Assembly: GCA_013265495.1 (NCBI GenBank)
Contig: MU058221.1
Span: forward strand, 1,984,001-2,048,000
Origin: Vicugna vicugna
Taxonomy: Eukaryota
DNA: 64,000 bases
Direction: 5' to 3'
A program made the position numbers and the translations under genes. This document shows, piece by piece, positions 36,385 to 50,073 of this stretch (position 1 is the first letter of the stretch; the number at the start of each line of letters is the position of its first letter). Under the pieces are notes generated by a model that had not been told where the DNA came from, searched no databases, and worked only from the letters and a program-made list of their open reading frames with translations.

Positions 36385-37060
36385 GTTTTTATTGAGTTAT
36401 AGTCACTTTACAATGTTGTGTCAATTTCCAGTGTAGAGCACAATTTTTCAGTTATACTTGAACGTACATATATTCATTGTCACATTCTTTTTCACCATGA
36501 GCTACCACAGGACCTTATATATATTTCCCTGTGCTGTACAGTATAATCTTGTTTCTCTATTCTATATATACCTGTCAGTATCTACGAATTTCAGACTCCC
36601 TGTCTGTCCCTTCCCACCCCGGCAACCACAAGTTTGTAATCTATGTCTGTGAGTCTGTTTGGTACTTATGTTCATTTGTCTCTTTCTATCTTTCTTTCTT
36701 TTTAGATCCACACATGAGCGATCTCATATGGTATTTTTCTTTCTTTTTCTGGCTTACTTCACTTAGAGTGACATTCTCCAGGGACATCCATGTTGCTGCA
36801 AATGGCATGTTGTCATTTTTAATGGCTGAATAGTTTTCCATTATATAAATATACCACATCTTCTTTATCCAGTCATCTGCTGATAGACAGACTGCTTCCA
36901 TGTAGTTTTGGCTATGTAAATAGTGCTGCTGTGAACATTGGGGTGCAGGTGGCTTTTGGAAGTAGGGTTCCTTCTGGATATATGCCCAGGAGCGGGATTC
37001 CTGGGTCATATGGTAAGTCTATTCCTAGTCTTTTGAGGACTCTCCACACTTTGTTCCACA
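36385..37060 (-). mobile_element. Lineage-specific L1 3' end
   Basis: ORF 36686..37009(-) WIKKMWYIYIMENYSAIKNDNMPFAATWMSLENVTLSEVSQ is the L1 ORF2 C-terminus. Confidence 0.9.
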
Positions 37061-40000
37061 GCTGGTGTTGTATTTTAACTGCATGTGTGTGTGTGTGATT
37101 GTGAGACTTGAATGTGGCAAAGAATCAAGTCCATGAGTGCTCATAACATTTTTGCTAAGTGCTCAGTACTGTGATAATCACTGCGAAGGGGGCCGAGTCC
37201 CTGTCCCTGAGTGTATTTGAGAGGACGAAATTTATATAAGGCAAACAGAGAGCAACAGAAGACAATTTGTGTTCAAATTAAATGTTATGTGGTACTTGTT
37301 CTAATTAGGATAGCGATGAAATTCAGAGAAAGGAGGAGTCATTGGGCCTCGGGGACAAAAGGCAATTTGGGTCACTGAGGAGAAGGAAGACACTTTCCAG
37401 GGGGTATTGTGGGCCAACTTGTAGCTTATACTGTTCTTCACAAAGAGACCCTCATATGGGTCTCAGCAGTGAATCAGATACCAAGGCAGACCTCACTAGT
37501 TTGCTGAAGGAAGCCTCGAGGTTACTTTTTCCTGAACAAAAATGACACCCAGATTTAAAACACATTAAATAAAAACTAATGATCCAGTTAAAATACATAG
37601 TGAAACTATATATTTTTAAAACATGCGAATAAGAAGAAACCTAAATATAAACTGTGTTCTCTGAGCCATACCAAGGTATCCTTTGTTTTAGGTCTCTAGG
37701 AAGTACCGACCAAAGAATATGTCTAAACATATGTCCAAAAGATATTTTTAAAATTATTCCTCTCTAGGAAATGGATTCTACTATTGAAAAGATGAAAAGT
37801 TGATACTTGAAAAAAATCAAATACATATTTGAATCATGTTTTATGTATGCATATGTAAAACATTTATGACAGACCTACTAACCTATTATAATGATGATAG
37901 ACGAGATAAAAAAACTTGATTTGTGCCCTAATGAGTTTGTGATCTGGTGGGTTATCTAAAACTAATGTCAATTTCTCAACAATGAGCCAATTTAAAAAAA
38001 ATGTAAGATCGTCCGTTACTGACTGTAAATCCATAGCAATGCAGGGTCTGTGGAGAAGCTGCAATGGGAAGATGTCAGCAGTTGGATTTGGGGGGATGAG
38101 GAGGACTGTGTTCCAGGTGGGGACTTTGGGAAGGGACATGAACCCTCTGTTATGAGGTAGTCCGTACCTGATTGGAACAGAAGACATATTAAAGAAATAA
38201 GATCCAGGGACCATGGTCAGAAAGTGGAGTGACAGCCTTGTTACAGAGACTTGGGACTTGCTGGAGAAGAGATTTAAGCAGTTACTTTGTCCTAGAAAAA
38301 GGCATGTTTCAGAAAATTAGTTGGGCTGAATTATACAGCAAGATGAAAGATAAGGAGAGCAGTTTGTGGTTATTTTGCTGTAATCTGAATATGAAATGTT
38401 GAGATCCTCGTGAGGATTAAAGTTATATAATCATTGCATGTGGAATTCTAATTTACAGACGGTTAGAAGGACACAGAATAAATTCATTGCCAATTAAATA
38501 ATGCCTTCCTCAAATAATTTGAGATTGCTTTTGGGCTATAAAGGTGACTTCTCAAAATACGTTATCTGAAATACTAATGGTTCTTATTTTCGGTTTTTGG
38601 AATCTGTTGCACAAATCAGAATTGCAATGCTGCTGAAGGATGTTAGGTAGAACAGGGTTAACCTTTGGTCAGATACACTTTGTTTAGGAAAACTGAGTCC
38701 TTGATGGGACTTTGGAGACCTGAGTTCGCAAACGGAGTAAGCACAGCTCACCTGGGTATCGCACACGCTCACATCCAAATGGAAGACAAGCCATAATTTA
38801 GGACTAGATTGAGCCTGTTTATGCTCCAAAATGAATTTAAATGATGAGGCTATGAATGTAGTGAGAAGCAAGGAAATGAAATTGACAGGTAGTAGCTTTC
38901 ATTTTGAATTTCAGATTACTGGCTTTCTATTAGCATACTCCGGGAGTAGCGAATTCCTATTAAGTTGGCACATAGATTTAAATTTTATGAATATGCTATT
39001 GTAGGTATAAAAACTCATTTCAGTGAGCTATGGACATGGTGACTTCTTTCCTAAATCAGGAAGCTGTAGGCTATATATTATTAGTCTAAACTTGTCACCC
39101 TGAAAGCCTGCAGGCTGTGGAACTTTCTTCATATATTCTTTTTGGTTTTGTTGATTTGAGTAGAACAACTGAGCGGCTCTAAAGAGAATATAATTGTTTA
39201 ATTCTTATTTAATATGTGTTTAAAAATATTAAAGTATTTTAATAGACACTTATGCCTAGACATGAAGCGTTGTTACAACCTTTTGAAATGACGAGAATGA
39301 CATTTCTGTCCCGCAGCCGTCCTAGGGGTGTTTGGCTAGAAGGCCTGGGCTCGGCGCGGCTAGAGGTCTCGCAGGCCATGTAACACGTGAGGGCGGTGGG
39401 CACTTTGCTCTGACAGCCGCACAAAGAGCTGCCCCGCCCACCTCTGCTGCAAATAGCGGAGAACAGGTGGACATTAATCGCTTCAGCTCTGAATTTAAAC
39501 GGTGATGGATCCTCTGATTGCAGCAGCGACGCGCGTTGTGGTCCCCTGGTCAGTTCCCTGAGCCGGGGCTTTGGATGGTTCTGTAGGGGACAGGGATGGG
39601 TGATATGCTGCCTCCTTATAGTCAAAGGAAGAGAAAGTGAGCTTAAAGTGAGTGACGTTGATGGAGAAAAATCAACAGCAGGACTTTCCCATCACTAGGC
39701 CATGAGGCCAGGCCATCTCCAAACCCAGGGTACCACCGGGAAGAGAGCCGAATCTCCCTCACCCTCTTTTTAGACCTGGTGCTGCTGCAGGTGCCAACCA
39801 GGGTGCCTTTTACTTTCTAGGGATGTTTGAAGTGTAATCAGATGCCTCCTCTGTTTTTATATCTCAGCCTCTACTCCTGCCTGTGATGCACAAATGCACG
39901 TAAAGTTCTCGACTCCATAAAAAAGCCCCTCTCCCAGGAGGGGGCCTGAATATTAGAGGTTCCTTCCTTTATTAACAGCAGAAAATTAGGACACTCACCC

Positions 40001-40881
40001 CTTGGCGGCTCGTAAGGAAGCTCGTGTTACTCTGGAATGTCTTTTTGTCAGGTTTTGCTTTTTCTGTCGTGAGTGACGAATGGCTCTGGCCGATCCTGGC
40101 CCATGTCTCTTCCTCACCTCCCTGGAGAGTCTGAATTTGTGAGGTATTACTGTGTAGGATGTTTTGTCACCTTCCCTGGATGTGCAGCTTGATACCTTTC
40201 AAGAAGAAAGTCTTCTCAGAGATTAAATGAATTGCTAAGAGCTTGTTCTTAGACTTGTGCAATTACGATCCGTGGAGGAAGACAACCCAGTTATCTTTCG
40301 TTTTTTCACAGCCCCTGTTTTTCTCTCTTTCATTGTGTCTAGCCAGCATTCTGAGTTTCCACCAAAAGCAAGTGAAATATGTACTTTTTCCTTTGAACTT
40401 AAATCACTGACCAAAAAGATGTATTTTCTTTATGCAGAATTCTTTGTGGGCACAGCAGACTGCGTTCATTGTGCAGACGTGCAGTGTGGCTTTGAGAGCT
40501 GTTCCTTCGACACGTGAGAGGCTGGTGTGTGTGGCTACACGCTTCACTTGTTCTCCCGGCCTCTTGTCTGATCAGTTTGCTTGTTCCACACGGAGGAGCA
40601 TGTCTCTGTGACTGGGTTTTCCCCTTCAAGAAATTAATACCGTACAACCTTGCCTTGCCTTGTGCCATTGACTGTTACCTGCGTCCTCAGAAGTGGCTGA
40701 AAAGATTGATCCCCAAAGGAATGAATTAAGTCGAGTGATTTGCGCGGTGACTCTTGTCCTTCCATTTTTAGTTTTACAAGTTCCCTGTGACCTTCAGGAT
40801 CCAAGGCCCTGTTCCATCTAAGTCTGCTTGTTGGCTCATACTTGGGTTGAGGTCTTTGTTCAAGGTCTCCCATTTCTTCTT

Positions 40882-40988
40882 CTTTTTTTTATAATTTTTA
40901 TGGGGGAAGGGAATTAGGTTTATTCATTGATTTTTAGCGGCGGTAACTGAGGATTGAACCCAGGACCTCGTGCACACTAGGCATGCAC
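40882..40988 (-). mobile_element. 5'-truncated Vic-1-like SINE with 16-bp target-site duplication
   Basis: ggattgaacccaggacctcgtgcac (antisense B-box region); tctcccatttcttctt at 40866-40881 and 40989-41004. Confidence 0.85.
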
Positions 40989-42839
40989 TCTCCCATTTCT
41001 TCTTGCTGTAGGCTAGGTCGCGTCTCTGATACGGTTGTCCCAGCATTTTTGTTTCTCACCTCAGCACTGTTTGAGTGCCATTTCTGTACATCAGTGGATG
41101 GGAACGTCAGTAAAAGAGTTTGTGTGCCTTCCTTGGTCGGCCGGCTTCGCCTGTGTAACAGGTGATTCTGTACACGGTCTAACTCAGTGCCTTTCACTGT
41201 CGTGTTAAAATGACCTCACTGCCTGACTGTTAGTTACCCAGCTTGTTTTCCTCCGGGACCTCCTGTGCTGCATTGTTACTGTGCCACTCGCTAGTCCATC
41301 AGAGCTTGACAAGGGTACTCAGAGTTTGCAACCATTGTGTCCTCAGTGCTGGGTTACTGAGGTGGGTCTGGCTCCCGCAGGGATGCAGGTGGCCTGTGTG
41401 GAGAGAAAGCATCTGGTCTCTCCATCCTGCCACAGTGCAGGAAGGTGTGTTGCCTGGCAGCAGAATTCTGCGCACGTCAGAGCTGCTGGCGGCAGTTGGC
41501 GGTGTGAACGGGAAACGTGTGAAGTGTTTGTAGGTTTCTGGAGGACAGGCCGCGTGTCCTTGCCAACTATTGTTGTTGTGAAGGAACCCAAATCTAAATC
41601 GCGCTGTGTGGCTGGATCACTGAGCTTCGTTTATTTAAAACACGGCATTTGGAGAGAGTTAAATACCAGCACACTGTGTCTTCGCCTGGTTTTTTTTTTT
41701 CCCCTGAAGCAAATTTGTTGGGTGTGTTTGCCAAAGGCTTAGCAGGAGCAGGGCAGTGAAGGAGCATGTGCCTAACGTGATAGGCCTTCTTTGCCGGGTT
41801 AATTCTAACAGAAGTAATCATCTACATTGATTTATAAGAGTGGGATTGAGTGGGGACATTGATTCAAAATAAGAGAATGGCTGTGAACAGTTTGATTTAT
41901 GAGGGTATGAAAGCAGATGATTCAGATTTCACTTTGTATGATCTAAGGTGGCTGGCCCAGGGGTTAGTTGTCAAAGTACATTCAGCAAAGAGCAGTCGGT
42001 TTCGCGATGAGAAACACACCCCTGATAGAAGTATAATTTACTCCTTTGAGGCCAGGACCACATTGTGTGCTCAATACGTGCGTGCCAGGCTGCTAGCTAC
42101 GTATCTGTGGGAGAGGATTGCTTTGGACTGAGATAAATAACCTTATCAGACGCTCACGGAACAAGAATATGAGTGCAGGGAGTGATCAGAGGGCTTGCAA
42201 ATAGCTGCGAGCTGATTTTCAGAGCTGTGGCCACTCGTTTTGCAAGGCACCTTTCCCGTTTAAGAGAATGAAACTCGGCTCTCCCGGGGAGTGGAGTGTC
42301 CTCAGGGCTCAGTTATGATGGGGGAAAAAAAAAGAAGCCTTTTTGTTGGCACGTGCGGCCCCTCCTCCGGTGATCATGGCGACTTTGCTGTGCTTCCTGG
42401 AAGCCATTGTTGGGCTCCCCAGACCCCCTTCGGTGTTTTCCCCTCGGGTCTCCCAAACCCCTCTCTGATTCCGTGATCACAGCACAGGTCCTGAAACCGT
42501 CAGCTACTCAAGGCCACGGTCCAAGTCCTTCCCAGCAGGTAGCAGCTGGATACGGACACCACACACTGAGGAAGCGATGTGTTTCAGTGTCAGCTGGGTC
42601 CCAAGAGTTTGTCTAAGGAATACAGGTGCCCTCAGGAAACATCCATTTTTTTAATCTGATCCATCATCACCAACTCAGTTCTGCTTCTGATTTCCCCGTC
42701 TCTGACTTGGCGGGGCTGGGCCAGACGGTCATCAGGGATGTTACAAGGCTTGGTGACGTGTTTGTTTTGAGCCCCCAAGGTCACAGACTGTCTCTGTGAT
42801 CATTATTTCTGACTGACCATGTGTGTCTCTGCAGGGAGC

Positions 42840-42941
42840 ATGACCTCGGCAACTTCGCCTATCATATTAAAATGGGACCCCAAAAGTTTGGAAATCCGGA
42901 CACTGACCGTGGAGAGGCTCTTGGAGCCGCTTGTCACACAG
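42840..42941 (+). CDS. CTNNA2: Catenin alpha-2 (alpha-N-catenin), first coding exon (exon spans 42835-42941)
   Basis: MTSATSPIILKWDPKSLEIRTLTVERLLEPLVTQ matches the CTNNA2 N-terminus as recalled; ctgac branch and tctctgcag|GGAGCATG acceptor; donor CAG|GTAAGA; 102 coding nt, phase 0. Confidence 0.97.
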
Positions 42942-43594
42942 GTAAGAGCTGCTTTGAAACGCTTTGTGACGTGTGTGTTTCTACTGGGATTGTATCATGA
43001 CTTCCCAGAGAACTTTAGAGATCCTTCAGAGTGAGCAAATCCTGCTATGACGCTGATCACTGAGTATGCGTTCCGGCCTGAGCTGTGGACAGTTTTTTTT
43101 TTTTTCCGCCCAGTAAAGTTTGCAGTGCCTTTGAAGAAAACTCTTCATGGGACTTTTGAAATTAAGTTGATGAGATAATTAAGGGGGTGCTTTGGTGAAG
43201 GGCACTCTCATTTGCAGTAATGGATTCGCAGTCTAAATAAACCGTCCTGCCTTACTTTCAGATGCTAATGCAGTCAGGAAGAACTGCACTGACGATTTAA
43301 GAGCAAAGTGTATTTACTGAGTTACTTTCTTCTTTGGTTTACCAGGGGAAATCCATCATTTTGAAATGACGAAAGGTTCCACTTTCATGTTGTCACAGTT
43401 GTCACATTTCCGCAAGACGGCTGTTAGCAGGGAAACACTCTTAGGATTTTTGAAGTTGTAAAACCTATTTTTTGCATCTTGTGAAGCATATTCTTTGCTG
43501 TATTAACTAAGAATTCCATGGAATGTGAAAAGTCAAGATTGTTTCATGGCGTATGTATAGAGAAGTATGATGTCAAATCAAGTAGGGGGCACCG

Positions 43595-45985
43595 AGGTTG
43601 GTTTCTTCCAGCTGCTGTGGCAAATTACCGTAAACGTAGTGGCTGGAAGCCTCCCCGGTTTATTACCTCGTGGTTCTAGAGGTCAGGACTCCTGACGTCA
43701 GGGTGTTGGCAGAGGTGTGCTCGTTTTGGAGGCTTTTGCAGAAAATCTTTTTTTTTTTTTTTTTGCCTTTTCCATGTTCTAAAGGCTGCTCCCTTCTCAG
43801 CCCCTTCCTCCCCGTTGGAAGCCAGCAGTGTGGCGTCCTCGATCTCTCTCTGACTCTGCCCTCTGCTCCTGCCCTCGCATCAGCCTGTCTCCCTTCTTAT
43901 AAGGACCCTTAGGATTACATTGTGCCCACTTGGATACTTGAGAATAATCTGATCTCGAGAGCCGTGACCAGATCACATCTGAAGAGGCTCTTCTGGCATT
44001 TAAGGGGACATATTGAGTTTCCAGGAATTAGAACATGCACATCTTTGGGGGTCGTTGTTCAGCTCGCCATAGTCCCCCCTCCGGCCACCCTCCCCTACAG
44101 TTCACGTCCTTCCTACACAAAACACGTTCACTACGTCTCGAGAGCCTCAGTAGACTCAGCCCATTACAGTATCATCTCAAGACCAAAACCCCGCCTGAAA
44201 TTCATCAGTTTTTAAATTCCAAATCTCATCCTCTAAACCGTCTAAATTAGGTAGGGGTGGGATTCTAGTTATAAGCCATCCTCAAGCAAAATTTCTCACC
44301 ATCTATGTACCTGTGAAAATAAGAAAACAAACATTATGTTCTCAAAATGCATTAGTGGCCCAGGCATAAGGTAACATTTCTAGGCATTTCTATTTAAAAG
44401 GTGAGAAGGGAAGGAAAAAAGAGTAACTGACCTCAAGCAATTTAGAGAGCCAGCGAGGCACTAGGACTTCAGTGCCCGGGAATAAACTGTGGTTCGAGGC
44501 TCTTCTGCCCTCCAGGCCTGGTTCTTCACCCAAGAAATCCCTTTTTCATGAAGGACAGCACATATTCTCAGCTGAGTCTTTTTTTTTAATCAGCCCTGCC
44601 TGTATAGTTTTGAGAGTCCAACAGTTTATTTGAATTTCATCTTTCTCTGGGTTTTTTTCACTCCACATTGGCAGTGTTTGTACTGATAACAACAGTCTTA
44701 AGAAACTTGTGGTTCTCTCTTGTAATGTCTCTGGGGCTCCCCCTGTGAGAACACAGGCTGCTTCTCCTGTCTTTCCTGGATAAGCTCGTCTCCGTGCTTG
44801 GCCTCTGTGAAACGACTGAGGGGTCCATGAACCCCATGCCTGATCTCATCAAGGGCTCCCTGGGTCTCCATCCTCCCAGGGCACAAGCTGAAGGTTTCAT
44901 AGGTGCACAGTTGACTTTTTCTGCAGAGCACACTTTCCTGAAAGCAAGTCCTCTAATTGTAGCATCTCTTATAGTCTGCTAGGCAAGTCATCACGTCCTC
45001 TTTTTTTTTTTTTTAGCTTAACAGTTCTATCTCCATTTGCTTCATTTCTCTCACACGTTGCTGTAAGCAAGAAACCAGGCCACGTCTTCAGCACTTGGCT
45101 TGGAAATTTCCTCAGTTGAGTATCCATCACTTATGATTCTGATTTCTGCATAACTGTAGGAAACAATTCAGCCAAGCTTCCTGCCAGCCGATAGCAAACA
45201 CACCTTTTCCTCCAATTTCCAACGACACGTTCCTCGTGTCCTGAGCCCTCACCAGCATCTCCTTTCACAGTCTGTTCGTAATGATTGATATTCTCAAAGA
45301 CGATAAAGGATTTCTCTGCCACGCTCCTCACCTCCTTCCGAGTCCCCACCAGCTGGGCCTTTAACATCCGTATTTTTGGTAGCAGTCTGTTCAAAGCAGT
45401 CTAGGGCTTTCCTATTATACTCCTCAAAATTTTTCCAGCCTCTGTCCATTATTAGTTCCAAAGCGACTTCCACATTTTTAGGTATTTGTTACAGCAGCAC
45501 TGCACCCTGGAACCCAAATCTGTGTTTCCAGTTGCTGCTGTAACAAATTACCACAATCTCAGTCGCTTGAAACAGCACACATTTATCATCAGACGATTCT
45601 TCGGGTCAGAAGCCCTGAAATCAAGGTGCCGTCAGGGCTGTGCTCCTTAGGGAGGAAGGTCCTTCCCGCTGTTAGCATCTGGAGGGCGCCTGCGTTCCCT
45701 GCTTGTGGCGGTTTCCCCTGTCCACGAAGCCAGCGGCAGGGCACCCTCACATCTCCGCCTCTGACTGCAGCCTCTTCCAGCACATCTCCTCTGACTTCAG
45801 CCCTCCTGCCTCACTCTTAAAAGAACCCTGGTGATTGTACTGGGGCCAGCCAGATACTCTAAAATAACCTCTCCATCTTGAGACCTTTAACCTCATCACG
45901 TCTGCAGAGTCCCTTCGGCCGTATGAGAGGGCACATCCACAAGTCCTAGGATTGGGAAGCAGACATCTCTGTTTGGGGCTGTTGA
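43595..45985 (-). mobile_element. Full-structure MaLR (MLT1-type) element: LTR, internal region, LTR
   Basis: Two similar LTRs at about 43595-44070 and 45520-45985 (gctgctgt..caaattacc); internal region about 1.45 kb ends in ggtatttgttacagcagcac..ggaacccaaatc, the antisense MLT1-int start. Confidence 0.8.
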
Positions 45986-47759
45986 AACGTTTTGTGAGAT
46001 GTGAGCCCCCTTCCACTGGGCCATGCTTGTTAGCACTGTGCAACTTTCTTCAGGAAACACCTCATACGGAGGGGCTTTTAGATTTGGGAGCACGTTGGCT
46101 ACTGAGATTGTGGTCTGTGGACGAAGGCTGATCCATGAATAATTTGTTACTGGTCTGCAGTAAGCACAGAAATTGAGAGTAAGTGCTTTGAAAAATTCAT
46201 GGCCATTTTACGGAGTAATGTTATGTCTGTGGAATCTAATAAGAAATTTGGGGCTTATTTAATATTTAAAGTTTTTTGAATTATTAATTTTGTTGTACTG
46301 TACAAAAGCTTTGGTCTGTGACCTTTTGGAGTAACAAATACGTGGCCTGTTATCACAGATAGCTTGAGAAGGGCTGGTTTAGGAGACGTCTTGGAGTCAG
46401 TCTGCTTGGAATGCAGTTCTCTCAGCTGAGATATAAAAAGCAGGTCGCCTTTTCCAAGCCTTGGGGTTTGTACTTCTGGGTACATATCGATACATTTAAC
46501 CCTTATCGTACGGATGAAATGAAACAGTAATTAGAACATGGTGCCTGGTGTAAAGGAAATGTTGGTTAAATGTAGTCGCCATTTTTCTTTTTTTGATGGA
46601 AAATACATTCAGGCTCATAGTAGCCATTAACCAGTACGGTATAAGCCAGTGAGAAGGCGTGGGTGAATCCAGCGTGGACAGGCACAGTAATACACATAAA
46701 CTGTCTTTTGTTTCTTAAATTTTTCAGATCTTTACATTGTGCACCTGTATTTGGCTTATCTGAAGAGTAGTACTTCTACAATTACCATTAAAAATTGGCT
46801 TTTCCACATATCTTTCAGTCCAGTTATTTAGAATTCTGTCAGATAAAGGCAACGGATTATTTACTAAAAATACAGTCAACTGCTTATTCATATTTGTTCC
46901 CTTAATGCATTAGAACACTTGAAACACTTGTGGAATTTCACACAATGACGTAGCACTGTAACTAATCTTAACATCCTTCCAGTGTCTCCTCGTGTCTAAG
47001 CAGTTTACCTTTCTTGCTAATGTTCTTACTCTGATTTTTTTAAAAAAAAAGATTCTTTCAAAAAACGTGACTTTTAAGACAGGCTTTTCTATGTATTGTT
47101 TTCTCACGATACTACGGCTCTGTCGTCAGGACTCACCGTCGCCTCCCTTGGAGTGAAACCTTAATGATCGGACTGAGGTGACGTGTGAGGGGAGGGCATG
47201 TGGATAAGTAAGGAGATGAGGAAATGTTAGGTATAAACTCAGCCTCTACAGCAAAAGGCAGAGCTAAGCGAGAAGACTACACAAAGGCCCCCTGTGAGTC
47301 CAGCACACATAGCTTTATGACTTCAATAAAATTCATTGCAGATATTCCGTGGAACAGTCTGCCCTACAGTTCCTGATGAGGGTGGACAGGGACGAGATAA
47401 ACAGCAGGAATCAAGGAGTTGTCGGTAAAATTCATTCCCCGTCATAAGAAAAATGACATTAGGAACTTACTGTCGATAACACATTTAGTCAGTCAATAAA
47501 ACTTCACCTCGTTTCAGTCATAGTGTGTATGAGGTGGCCTGTTTGTCTTCCAGTGTTGAAATGGCAAGATTTTTTTGGAGAGTTCTTATGTTATGGAAGT
47601 CATGCCATTTCGAATGAGAGAAGACTCATCTTAGCAAGTTTAGACCTTGAAAAAGATGCCTGAACATTTTATAAATTCAGAAAAACAGATCTTTAATAGG
47701 CCCCATTCTGTGGTACTAAGCTTTATGAGGAAACAAAACAACTATATTAGGCAACTTTA

Positions 47760-48800
47760 TTAGGAAAGTAAAAAATTTATTAGGAAATTAAACACTCCTA
47801 GATAACTCTTAAAACCAAAGGGAAATTACAAACTGTATATATGAGATAATGAAAAAGATGATCCCTTCTTAATAAAATTTACACATGCAGTAAAAGCTGT
47901 GCTGAGTGAAGAATTTTAGCATTAAATGCTTTTTTTTATTAAAGGAAATTATAAAAATAAACTAAGTGCTGATCTTAAGAAATTAGAAAAAGAACATCAA
48001 AAGAAACTAGGAATACAGAATTTAATACCAATAAAAAGCTAGAATCACTAAAATAGGATACAAAAGTTAAAGGGTTAAATGAATTTAAAATTTCATTTTT
48101 CTTTGAAATGGTCAAGAGTAGAATCCCTCAAGGCACGAATTACAGAAAATACGCAGAGAAAGGATCTATAAGATAATGAATGAGGAAGCAGAAAGAACTG
48201 CAGGGTCAGGAGAGATTAAAAGAAGCATAGCAGAATATTACATGCATCTCCAGTACCTCTGAAACCTGAAAACCTGGGAGAAGGGAATACGTTCCTGGAA
48301 AGACTCAAATTAACAAAATTAATCCAAGAGGAAGTGGAGACCTAGAACAAGCCAGGTAAATACTGGAAAGTGGCTTCCAGATCTAAGCAGAACCAGTGGG
48401 TGCCTGCCTGAGTGCTGGCAGGTATTTAAAGAAAGAAAAGATGAACAGCTCTTCAATAATTTAAAAAATTTTTAATGTTAAACATCCAAGACACTTTAAA
48501 GTGACTTTTTTTTTTTAAAAAAAGGGCAATGGTAGTTTTATCTTATTTCTGAATTTAAATGCAAAAAACAAACCTATATGAAGTACAGAAGGTGACATCT
48601 AGCAGCACATCAAAAGATCCACATAAGTGTAACAGAACACGGCTTTTTAAGGAAAACGACAGCCTATTATCAGGGAACAAATAAAAACTATCAGTAGCTC
48701 AATAGATTATACCCTGAGACACTGAAAAGACATCTGATACAATTTTACAGTTATTTCTAATAAAAACTGAAAAGGAATAAGAGCAAGCTTTTAAAATAAA
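47760..48800 (+). mobile_element. Old L1 ORF2 remnant
   Basis: gcagtaaaagctgtgctgagtgaagaattttagcattaaatgc; cttaagaaattagaaaaagaac; ttcctggaaagactcaaattaacaaaatt. Confidence 0.65.
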
Positions 48801-49137
48801 GAAATCCACCATGTAGACATAGGAATAGGGCAGATAAAACCCTTCCTTTTACTGTGTGGCTGTGTACCATCACAGGTAATGTGACCATAGGGCTAGGTGG
48901 CTAGATGCAGGATAAATATACAGAAAGAACTAGTTTTATCTGTTCAGAACACCTGGAAATCAAAACAGGACCATGTTCTGTTTATAATTAAAAATCTATA
49001 AGGCCAGTTGCTGTTCCTGTTTGAAATGCACGTTAACTTTGTAGATGTACGATTTTGCACTTCTTTTCACACCACTGAAGTCGTGAGTACGTGCACACAG
49101 GCTTTGGAGTCGGGAAGGCTTGACTGCGAGTCTGGTA

Positions 49138-49145
49138 TGTATATA

Positions 49146-49204
<59 letters not shown>

Positions 49205-49207
49205 TTT
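49138..49207. repeat. Compound (TG)n(TA)n(T)n microsatellite within a MIR-like remnant
   Basis: Direct reading. Confidence 0.9.
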
Positions 49208-49952
49208 GGTATACATGTTAATACCTTGAATAAATTACCCTCTCCTCAAACATCAATTACAGATCAAAGTAATTCATACCTCTAGGACTATGAAAGTGGT
49301 GCATGAAGTGGCTGGTGACGTGTGTGACGGCATTCTCGTAGGAATACGGATTTGCTTTCAGTGACACGTTCTTTACTACTTGATGGTAATGGCTTCCCAG
49401 CTACTAGAAAATGTGCCAGTACAAAATAGGGATTCACTGGATCTTGTCTTTAGAAGAAATATTTCCACGTAGCTTTAGAAGAAGGATTCGTGCCTTGCGT
49501 TTAGTCAGAGACAGTGGAAGCAGAAACCTCTGAAGTTACTGGAAACGCAGCCTTCCCCATTTCAGGAGGCGAATGAAGCGCAGGCCGTCACGGTGGGACA
49601 GACTGGAATTTGCTGGGTGGTGTTCCCTGCTTCTCTGTAGAGAGATTCACATGCGGCTTGAAGAAGCTAATGACATGAAGGAGTGCCAGTGATGCTTAAG
49701 GAGCTCTTCTGCACCAGCCTGATCGGGAGGGAGGCTCCTGGGAAGAGGCGCACTCCTGAATCGTCACCAGCGTTATTTTCAGGAGCATCACAGGGCCCTG
49801 TTCAGTCAAGCTCCAGTGCCTTCTCTAGGTCTTTCTCAGTTCTACTCAAGAAGTTAATACTTTTCTCAAGAGCTAAACATTTAGAATATCATGTACTTAA
49901 AATATTGTTTCAAAATTGAAAAATTTCAGTTTTACACCTAAAAAATACTTGA

Positions 49953-50073
49953 GGGAGAGGGTATAGCTCAGTGGTAGAGCACTTGCTGAGCATTCCCAAG
50001 GTCCTGAGTTCAATCCCCAGCACCTCCATTAAAACAAACAAACAAACTGAATTATCTCCTCCTCCCCCCCCAC
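49953..50073 (+). mobile_element. Vic-1-like tRNA-derived SINE with target-site duplication
   Basis: gggtatagctcagtggtagagc and gagttcaatcccc; aaatacttga at 49943-49952 and 50074-50083. Confidence 0.9.

Noticed and set aside
49953..50030. tRNA gene (also at 18198 and 55581)
   Set aside because: A and B boxes present, but followed by a SINE tail and flanked by duplications; these are SINEs.
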